Source: a virus
Lineage: Duplodnaviria > Caudoviricetes
Direction: 5' to 3' (one strand)
Virus record (IMG/VR): IMGVR_UViG_3300000116_000024
Location: 1-55,525 of that record
DNA: 55,525 nt
The stretch's first letter is position 1. Every line of letters starts with the position of its first letter. The notes under the pieces were generated by a model. That model was not told the DNA's origin, did no database searches, and saw nothing but the letters and a program-made list of their open reading frames with translations. Shown piece after piece: positions 20,701-27,652 of this stretch. Both the position numbers and the translations under genes were made by a program.

Positions 20701-21439
20701 CTTTTTGAGCTTCTATTTGATCTGCAATTTCTAAAGCATCACTTACAATAGGAACTCCCCAGTTTTGAACTGCGTCAGAATTCATAACATCCCCAAACTG
20801 ACTCATAGTATCACCCCCTTTAGCTTTTGGTGGGTTATGTCCCCAACCTTTTTTCTTAAGAGCTAGATGTTCCTTTAAAGTTTTAACTGTTTTAACTTCT
20901 CCTTTAGGACCATACATTTTATGTGCCTTAAACTTCTTAGTTGTTCCACCATTTTTAAAGTTACCACCTCCACCTAAAGAAGAACCTATGTCAAACCCTG
21001 TTCCAGACGTGTCTGAACTTGCAAATTGTGAAAATTGACTAGTGTCACCACCACCGCTACCACTACCTAAACCACCAAGCATACCACCAAGTTGACCAAG
21101 CATACCACCAAGTCCACCACCACCTTGTGGATTAGCAGTTTGTTGATTTGCTTCTAATTTGGCTCTGTATAACTCATCATCCTTAAGTTCTTTAGTACTT
21201 TTACCACCCATTAACTTAGCAGCACTATCATCCATATACTCCTGATCAATACGAATAGGTGTAAGATTTGATTGTGGGGTGCTTATGTTAGGAACCATAG
21301 TACCTATCTTTGCTTTTTTAGCTTTAAGTTTTTTTATGGCTTTTCCATGTTTTTTCATAAAGGCTTCCTCAGAAGGAAACTTCTTGTAAAACTCTGCTTC
21401 AGACTTAACGCCTGCTATTTTTAAAAATTCAGATCTCAT
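17759..21439 (-). CDS. Putative ejected/cargo protein with glycine zipper, GxSH-type conserved block and peptidoglycan-binding motif
   Basis: 1226 aa. Glycine zipper GGKIGGTIGSAFGPLGSAVGGFLGSAAG; FKGNSHD...VEVENE block; FQKEFN...VDGIFGQETRDA PG-binding-like motif; Q/N/A-rich C-terminal helices; many xxxGG/KAxxG motifs. Confidence 0.7.
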   Translation of the reverse strand: MRSEFLKIAGVKSEAEFYKKFPSEEAFMKKHGKAIKKLKAKKAKIGTMVPNISTPQSNLTPIRIDQEYMDDSAAKLMGGKSTKELKDDELYRAKLEANQQTANPQGGGGLGGMLGQLGGMLGGLGSGSGGGDTSQFSQFASSDTSGTGFDIGSSLGGGGNFKNGGTTKKFKAHKMYGPKGEVKTVKTLKEHLALKKKGWGHNPPKAKGGDTMSQFGDVMNSDAVQNWGVPIVSDALEIADQIEAQKEALGSAKQARQVSDIALQASKTTPEKVDRSYVRPEDFTNTGEEFFPVYGVGTNVLAKSGININPKNEGKFTAWAKKRGMSVAEAADKVMANKSKYSKEVVKMANFAKNARSFNKAQDGGMFNGEYMPLVNPNQQKSFGQGGYLKQAAQGFTSFDAGNASYGGGMYGAAGSQLAGMVGVNDDAGSNIGGKIGGTIGSAFGPLGSAVGGFLGSAAGDLLDRNDRRQRLENEVTAKNTKEMSYGAIAPSIQAGYSSYVRDGGNVPSYRSGGNMRGDYVSPNPSALDTMKMGGNLKTLWGGKAETVSYNPYAGGESIQFKGNSHDYRDPSTGQTGIGVAYGDDAKKMSMGGDITSNASVEVENEPAQEIDDSLVVYGDMKIPEEYISEIGDERAKGKKYKNYVANVLNKDEASINRTQAKVADLGLESDDTVFGQLERRTADVVLKGADMKLKNIAEKKSILADLQEAMNETFDDYGIKANEFINKRKLVEDPMRIENAKYGARLKMGEDGVETTGNETTNPPSANDFNKKQIPLTDMTEEELEAAGYKVDPNNPNVYIRRNPETNTTEAVEMSGSSLGYTPEGQAIDPKTSFAGGVTQEDYDTLKENNPWFDWSKTDPNKMVTYKGKKVSSAILKFQKEFNKRAKEAGIDPVKVDGIFGQETRDAVFTPAKEAEEVTNYTEEKVMLGDTDTTTETTTVAPKGNIGPGVNFNNSPEDQSLDKNQLLGEYYAMATNQVQPVQAQGFQPQLRVPYDISLQDMRNDVTSQSRAMQRNATLQNNPAALALAQAPTYDALNKINAEEFRQNQAMKDNVYSGNQATLNDAMLKNLGIYDQQADRQAQAAANTRTQNIDILNSISDKYSKNKLENVMNKVYANMYPTFKYDNNQRLNVVNPTQFNTGQGMTGISPLSMVQGITGGNQGVNNAASLLSWFSQNNPFKKEIKEEEGKTKEVEELEEIPESGKYGKKVTKNNKNSNILRAIRNL

Positions 21440-21440
21440 A

Positions 21441-24400
21441 TTAATTGTATTTGTCTAACCAGCCTCCTGATTGTGGGGTGTTGTAATTAGTAAAGTTAGT
21501 TAATTGATTTAGTTCTACCAAGGAACTACCGTTTTTTGCCATAGGATACTCTGTAAACTTAGTAGCACCAGGGAATGTTTGTGTACCTGTATTAGCTTGT
21601 ACCATTCTTGGTTCTCCTACATCTGGTACAACATATAATGGATTATCTCCATAACCATGTGTAGCCATAGTGTTTCCTGAAATCTCCGTTACTTCTCCTG
21701 GGTGTGCCCATTGTCCCATATCATCTTTTATAACTCCTCCTTTTTTGAGTTTTCTTAAACCATATTGAGGAAGCATTACTTCACCACTTGAATTTTGAAA
21801 AAAAGGTCTTAGTAGATCATCAGGAAGTTTTATTTTAGATATATTAGTATCAATTTGATTGTTTAAATAAGCTGCTATGTTTTCATTTATTCCCCTAGTC
21901 ACTGATCTAGAACTATTACCTGCTGCCCTATTTATGTTACCCATAGGATTCATTGGTTTATATCCCAAAAATATAGGATCTGCAACACCTTTCATTTTAG
22001 GACTAAAAACTTCATTTAATTGAGGTAAGTAAGATTGGTAAGATGTATCAGTTGACCCTGTAAATATGTCTCCTCTATTACTCATTCTAACTCTAGCTCT
22101 AGCATCTTTAACCATGTTTGCATAATCTCTTTTACTAGTATGTGGGCCTAGTTTCACTAATGGAACTAACTCTTCTGTAAAACCACCAGGTTTAACATAA
22201 GGGTACGATGATATATTAGCTAAGTCTTGACCACTTAAATCCTCTACATCAGTAGTAGAGTTTTTAGGAGCTGGTTTAGATTGTCTTACTCTATTTGGAA
22301 TTTCTGTTACAGCTTCATTGATTTGTGACGTTTTAGTAGCTACATTACCAGTAACTAGATTATCTACATTATCTACATCATCATAAATGTTACGAACCAT
22401 AGTATCAATATCTACACTAGATCGTGAAGGTGTTGAAGGTCTATTTAAACTAAATCCACTAATATCTGGATTTAGTTGAACAACACCGTATCTATTAACA
22501 TTTTCTATAGCCTGTTCTACACCTTCTTCAGTAGAATCTAAAGTTCCAACTACTTTTTTAGGTTTAGGAATAGTAGAGGTAAGATCATCTAACTCGCTTT
22601 GTAATTGTTTTTTATTTTTATAGAATATTGATTCTAAAATTGGATCATCAAGATTACTTTTTAAAGCTCTTTCTAACATAACCTGTCTGCTTCCACCCAT
22701 TTCTCTAAGAGTCATTACCTCATCTATGTTCTTAAGTATATCAAACTCAGAAGGATCTAACCTAGGTAAATCACTAGCTTTTGTAATCCCCTTAACTCTA
22801 GATGCATAAGTTTCTCTAACTTTTTTAGGTAACTTATCTAAAATCCTAGAAAAAATATTATTCATCTCTACATCTGGCTTGTTAACTCCTCCAAGCTCCC
22901 ACCATTTAGGATCAATATCAGAAAAGTCTTTTGCTAAATCTGAATTAAATTTAGATATGTTTTTAGTTTTGTCAATTAAATCATCAGAATATTTTCCAAA
23001 AGTTTTAGCAATAGAGTTTAGTTTAGGAGTAGCTTTTAATCCTAACTTAACAATATCGTCATAAAGTCCAACACCAACAAGATTTGTTGGATCAGCTACA
23101 ACATCCATAGCTGTATTTATAGAACCTCCTAAATCCCAACCTGGCTTATCTTCAAATCCAAATGCTTGAGATGGCAATCTTTGCATACCACTTCCAGGTA
23201 AAGCGTTAGAGAAATTATAATCATTTCCCCTTAAAGCTTCTATACCTTCGACCATAGCAGCTTGAGGTGCTTGTGCAGTTTCTAACGCTCCTTGTAAAAG
23301 TTGTCCTGGTATAGCTAAAGCATCTTCAGCAAGTCCTCTTTTAGTTTGAGCTTTTCTTCTAACAGCGTTTCCAATTGGACTATAATCGTTGTGATAAAGA
23401 TCTTTTTCTTGATCTGTTAAGGTATCATAATAAATATCTTTATTATAATCTACACCACTATTTATAACAACTTCATCTAACTGATTAGGATATGTAGCAA
23501 AAGCACCTCCTTCATATGTTTCTTTATACCTATCATCGTAGTTAGAATCATCAGGGAATACAAGCTCATACGCAGGTTCTTCAGAAGTCGCAGATTCTCC
23601 AGAAGTAGTTTGTACATCAGTATTCACTCCTCCAAAGTTTCCATTTTGAGCTTTAGGAACATCACCGCCATCTTCATATTTATCTAACCAACCACCATTT
23701 TTCTTTTTAGAATATAAATTGTTGTAAGTTGAGGCATCTGCTTTAAAAGATGTTCTTCTTTCTTGCTCATCTTTATTACCTCCAGACCAATGTCCAGTCA
23801 CCCAAAAATCTTCAATTGCTTGATCATCTTTATCTCCTGAAAAGAAAGCTTTAAGTTTTGCAGTAGGTTTATCTCTATAGTCAGCTAATAATAATGTTTT
23901 TTGTTGATCAGGTGTTAGCTCTGAAGCTTCTTTAATTTTTTTACTACGAATGTCTTTTATAAATTGTGGAAGTTCTAGTCCAGTTTCCTTAGAATAATTA
24001 TAAGCTCTATTAGCTGCAGTCTTAAAGCTATCTGGTTCAAATTGATATAACCCTCTTCCAAGACCTATACCAGTAGGATTATCTTTAGTTTTCTTTACCT
24101 TTTGTTTAGCTAAAGGATCATTTTTAGATTCATGGTAACTAATCATGCCAGAAAGCTTTTCCCAATCTTCAGTAGTACCACCACTAGATATTACAGCATC
24201 ATTTAATAATGAATCATAAAAAGATTTTGGTTTCTCTTCAATAGGTTTAATAGTTGGTTCAGTAAAATTTTCTAGGAAGGATGGGCTATTTTCTCTAATC
24301 TTCTCCCAATCATAAGTGTCTCCAGTTTGAGCTTTCTTTAATTTACCAGGTTCCATTGATGCATTACTAGATGTACGTCCATACATCATACCTGATGCAC

Positions 24401-26636
24401 CTGGAAGACTTCCACCATTTTTAAAACCGTTACTTAATCCAGTTGCTTCTCCAACTGCATCTTCTATTCCTTGTGTTATTAGTTCTTTTTTTGCAAGTAT
24501 AAGTCCAACATTGGGTATAACTTGTTTTGCGAGTGTGTTAGTAATCAGACTTCCTCCTAAAGTGTACAAATTCACCGCATCAAGTCCTGAACCTGCTAAG
24601 CTATAAAGATCTTGATTTTTTTGGTTTTCATTTAAAAGACTGTTTCTCTTTGGGTTTCTAAAACTATTTGATGATTTAAATCCTACGTCAAAAGGAGAAG
24701 TTATAACTTCACTTAATGTCCTAGGTATCCAAGGAAGTTTGTTTTGCTCCTCTTTCAAATTGTTATAACCTCTAAAAAGAGCTTTTCCTATTCCAGGTTT
24801 TTTAAGATATTTGTTGAATTTAGCGTCATACTCTTTTATTCTATTAGCAAATTGTTGTTGCCTTAGCTTGTACATTTCTTCAGACTCACCTTTTAGTCTG
24901 TTTGGATTAGTTTCTAATTGATCTTTGTGAAACTCTTTCTTTGTTTGATAGCTAGTCTTTTGCTTTCTAGAGTTAGGCGGAACGTATTGGTCCATAGGAA
25001 ATCCAGAAGCTTCTAACTGAACCCTCTTTAGTTGTTCTTCTGGAGAAGGTAGAAACATATCAGAAGATGGTTCATCTTTACCATTTTGTGCTTTTTCTAC
25101 ATCTCCACCATTTTCATACTTATCTAACCATCCACCGCTTTTATACTCAGGTCTCCTAACTTCATTATCTTCATTTTTAAAGTATACATTTTCTGATAAA
25201 CCATCTTCTTCCCCTTGTTCACCTCTTACATACCCATCAGGAAGCATATTATTATATGAAGCATATTTTATAACATCATCTTTTGTTTTATCATCTATAG
25301 GTAACGAACCAATAACAGATCCAAAAAGGTTATTAAGTACATCCTCACCAGACTCTTGAAGTTTTGTTGACCAATCTCTTTTATCTTTGTCACCAAACAA
25401 GGTTGTAAGTTCATGACCTATCCCTAATGCATTAGAACCTAATAAGCCTAAAGCATCAGATATAAGAGGAATGTTTCCTGTTTTGTTTGCTATAGCTTCT
25501 TGAGTTAATCTAGTAGCTTGAGCATGTCTCATATTATCTATATTAGCCAACTCATCTGGATTCTCTGCAAACTCTCTAGCTTCTCCTTGAGGATCTCCTA
25601 GATACTTATTGATAGCCTCTTTTATTCCATTTTGTGCTTTAGGAGGATAAGGAGTGTTGTTTGGGCGTAAGTTATCCTTTCTATAAGCCTCTCTAGTTTG
25701 CATTGTTTTAAAGTTACCATTGAGCTCTTTTATATAATGAAAACCTTGTGACTCAGGATTTTCTATTCCCATTTTTTGTAAAAGTCCTAAAGGTATTGGT
25801 TTATCATTTTGATTATAAGGCTTGTGCTGATAAATAGGTTGTGCTTCTATATCCCCAGATGTTAATAATTCTAAATTTGGTTTAAAAGGTTCTATTCCAT
25901 AACTGTCAAGTTGAGATAGAGGTTCTTCTATAGGTCTTTTAGGTGTCTCTTTAGATGGAGTTAGTTTAGTTTCAATTCTATCTTTTTGTGAGTTTTGTTC
26001 TACTACAACTTTTTGTCTAGGTTTAGCATTAGAATAATTAAAAACACTTCTAACATCTTGAGAACCTCCCATTATATTTAAGCCTACATTATATAAATTT
26101 CCTGTTCCATTAAACTCATAATTATCTGGACTAGTTCCTGTCCAATATTTATCCTTATCTATATATTCTGTAACTCCTATAGGGTCTATGTTTTTATTAA
26201 AAAGTTGCATAGGTAAATTAGTATTTACCATATCATCTTGCAAATCTAAAACCTTATATTTATCTTTATTTATATGTTTAACATATTTAGGTTTTAAATT
26301 TTCTAAAGCTTCAAAAGCTTTACTTCCTCTTTTAGTAAGAATATTAGCTCCTTCACCGTCCCAATTAGAAGCATCAATACCTTTTTCTTTAAGCATTTTC
26401 TTTTTCATTGCAAGATAATCTGGATTAGAAACGGAGTGTCTTTCTAATTTATAATTATTTTTCAATAAACTTTTTTGCACTTTTTTATAATCATTATAAA
26501 CTTCTAAACTATCTTGATAAGCTTTATACCTAGGATCATCTTTAGATTCAACTGTTAGTGTTTCTTCTACTTCTGTACCATCTTGAGCTTTAGTTACAGA
26601 ACCTCCGTCCTGATACTTATCTAACCATCCTCCATT
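21441..26636 (-). repeat. Dispersed intragenic repeat GGWLDKY(E/Q)(D/N)GGxVxKAQ(D/N)G
   Basis: Full copies at about 26577-26636, 25080-25137 and 23640-23699. A truncated copy (GGWLDKYN-stop) is at 21441-21467. Short forms at 25626-25646 (PPKAQNG) and 24321-24338 (KKAQTG). Confidence 0.95.
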
Positions 26637-26771
26637 AATGGCTTTCAAAGGCGTAGCCCCACTAGCAATAGCTCCAAAGTATTTTCTTTGCTTTGCTGTG
26701 AGAGGTTTACCTTTTATGTAACCGTCTGTAAGTATCTTTTTAGCTTTAGCTGCTGATAAACCTTTTGCCAT
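21441..26771 (-). CDS. Multidomain repeat-delimited putative cargo polyprotein (includes SAA/DUF6973-like and lytic transglycosylase-like domains)
   Basis: 1776 aa with four GGWLDKY repeats, a DNMRH...GHE...DVLNNLFG motif and a HES...GRGLYQF motif. Lies between the muzzle gene and the cargo genes. Confidence 0.7.
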   Translation of the reverse strand: MAKGLSAAKAKKILTDGYIKGKPLTAKQRKYFGAIASGATPLKAINGGWLDKYQDGGSVTKAQDGTEVEETLTVESKDDPRYKAYQDSLEVYNDYKKVQKSLLKNNYKLERHSVSNPDYLAMKKKMLKEKGIDASNWDGEGANILTKRGSKAFEALENLKPKYVKHINKDKYKVLDLQDDMVNTNLPMQLFNKNIDPIGVTEYIDKDKYWTGTSPDNYEFNGTGNLYNVGLNIMGGSQDVRSVFNYSNAKPRQKVVVEQNSQKDRIETKLTPSKETPKRPIEEPLSQLDSYGIEPFKPNLELLTSGDIEAQPIYQHKPYNQNDKPIPLGLLQKMGIENPESQGFHYIKELNGNFKTMQTREAYRKDNLRPNNTPYPPKAQNGIKEAINKYLGDPQGEAREFAENPDELANIDNMRHAQATRLTQEAIANKTGNIPLISDALGLLGSNALGIGHELTTLFGDKDKRDWSTKLQESGEDVLNNLFGSVIGSLPIDDKTKDDVIKYASYNNMLPDGYVRGEQGEEDGLSENVYFKNEDNEVRRPEYKSGGWLDKYENGGDVEKAQNGKDEPSSDMFLPSPEEQLKRVQLEASGFPMDQYVPPNSRKQKTSYQTKKEFHKDQLETNPNRLKGESEEMYKLRQQQFANRIKEYDAKFNKYLKKPGIGKALFRGYNNLKEEQNKLPWIPRTLSEVITSPFDVGFKSSNSFRNPKRNSLLNENQKNQDLYSLAGSGLDAVNLYTLGGSLITNTLAKQVIPNVGLILAKKELITQGIEDAVGEATGLSNGFKNGGSLPGASGMMYGRTSSNASMEPGKLKKAQTGDTYDWEKIRENSPSFLENFTEPTIKPIEEKPKSFYDSLLNDAVISSGGTTEDWEKLSGMISYHESKNDPLAKQKVKKTKDNPTGIGLGRGLYQFEPDSFKTAANRAYNYSKETGLELPQFIKDIRSKKIKEASELTPDQQKTLLLADYRDKPTAKLKAFFSGDKDDQAIEDFWVTGHWSGGNKDEQERRTSFKADASTYNNLYSKKKNGGWLDKYEDGGDVPKAQNGNFGGVNTDVQTTSGESATSEEPAYELVFPDDSNYDDRYKETYEGGAFATYPNQLDEVVINSGVDYNKDIYYDTLTDQEKDLYHNDYSPIGNAVRRKAQTKRGLAEDALAIPGQLLQGALETAQAPQAAMVEGIEALRGNDYNFSNALPGSGMQRLPSQAFGFEDKPGWDLGGSINTAMDVVADPTNLVGVGLYDDIVKLGLKATPKLNSIAKTFGKYSDDLIDKTKNISKFNSDLAKDFSDIDPKWWELGGVNKPDVEMNNIFSRILDKLPKKVRETYASRVKGITKASDLPRLDPSEFDILKNIDEVMTLREMGGSRQVMLERALKSNLDDPILESIFYKNKKQLQSELDDLTSTIPKPKKVVGTLDSTEEGVEQAIENVNRYGVVQLNPDISGFSLNRPSTPSRSSVDIDTMVRNIYDDVDNVDNLVTGNVATKTSQINEAVTEIPNRVRQSKPAPKNSTTDVEDLSGQDLANISSYPYVKPGGFTEELVPLVKLGPHTSKRDYANMVKDARARVRMSNRGDIFTGSTDTSYQSYLPQLNEVFSPKMKGVADPIFLGYKPMNPMGNINRAAGNSSRSVTRGINENIAAYLNNQIDTNISKIKLPDDLLRPFFQNSSGEVMLPQYGLRKLKKGGVIKDDMGQWAHPGEVTEISGNTMATHGYGDNPLYVVPDVGEPRMVQANTGTQTFPGATKFTEYPMAKNGSSLVELNQLTNFTNYNTPQSGGWLDKYN

Positions 26772-27643
26772 TATTTATAACTTATTTGTGCAGGTGTTGT
26801 TATGAATTGACTTACCAAGTGTACCGTTGATCTATTATCAAGGATATGTCTTACTTTTAAATCTTTTGCTCTTAGAGGTGACTTTCTGTACGTGCTAGGA
26901 CCATAGTTCATATTCTCCTGATTAACTACCTTATCTAAAGACTTAGATGTACAAGGTGTGTTAAATAGAGGAATACTACTATTTATTTGTAGTGCCCAGA
27001 ACGTATTATATTGATAGAAGTTATCACTCTTTGTATATAGAATAGTTTTACTATCTTCATTAAAGATAGGATAATTTCCGTAAGCTGATAAATTATTTTC
27101 AGGTTTTCGCACAAGCTCTAATATACCTGTAGACTGTTGACCATTAAATAATACAGCTTTGTTAAACCATTCATTGTTTACTTCTACTCTACGATTAGCA
27201 TCAAACTGTTCAGTTTCACTTTGATAATATCTATATGCTTTAGTATAATCTTTTACATTTTGTAATATCTCATCTTGATATTTATAAGAAAAAGGATACT
27301 CAATGATGTAAGGTTCTATATGACCATAGTAATAATTATATCTAGATTGATTAGTTAAATGTGACCATATACATCCTGTACCATTTTCTACATATGGCGT
27401 ATCAACCCATTCTTCATTTGTTATATCTTCTAATGGAAATATTATTTCAAACTCACAACTACCTGTTGACTTAATCTTTACAGAAGTTGCAGCTTCATCT
27501 ATTTCTAATGATATACCTTCAACAAGCTCCTCCTTAGTTACACCAGCTCGTAACATAACATCTTGGATAGTTAATATATCAAATGGTCCTTGATTATTAC
27601 CAGATGATACAACTCTTATTGATATTGTTTTTGTATTTGCCAT
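26771..27643 (-). CDS. Virion protein: ~70-aa beta-rich N-terminal module plus probable C-terminal part of the muzzle/tail-stabilisation protein
   Basis: 290 aa. N-terminus resembles the proteins at 37496-39136. The remainder (IWSHL...YNYYYG...PYIIEYPF...FNKAVLFNGQQSTG...LRAKDLKVRHILDN) reads like the usual C-terminus of crAss-like stabilisation proteins. Confidence 0.6.
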   Translation of the reverse strand: MANTKTISIRVVSSGNNQGPFDILTIQDVMLRAGVTKEELVEGISLEIDEAATSVKIKSTGSCEFEIIFPLEDITNEEWVDTPYVENGTGCIWSHLTNQSRYNYYYGHIEPYIIEYPFSYKYQDEILQNVKDYTKAYRYYQSETEQFDANRRVEVNNEWFNKAVLFNGQQSTGILELVRKPENNLSAYGNYPIFNEDSKTILYTKSDNFYQYNTFWALQINSSIPLFNTPCTSKSLDKVVNQENMNYGPSTYRKSPLRAKDLKVRHILDNRSTVHLVSQFITTPAQISYK

Positions 27644-27652
27644 TTTAATATA

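Noticed and set aside
21441-26636. CRISPR array or DGR template/variable repeat explanation for the GGWLDKY repeats
   Set aside because: Copies are 1.4-2.2 kb apart and in frame, and differ largely at synonymous positions rather than only at adenines. There is no cas or reverse transcriptase gene in the window.
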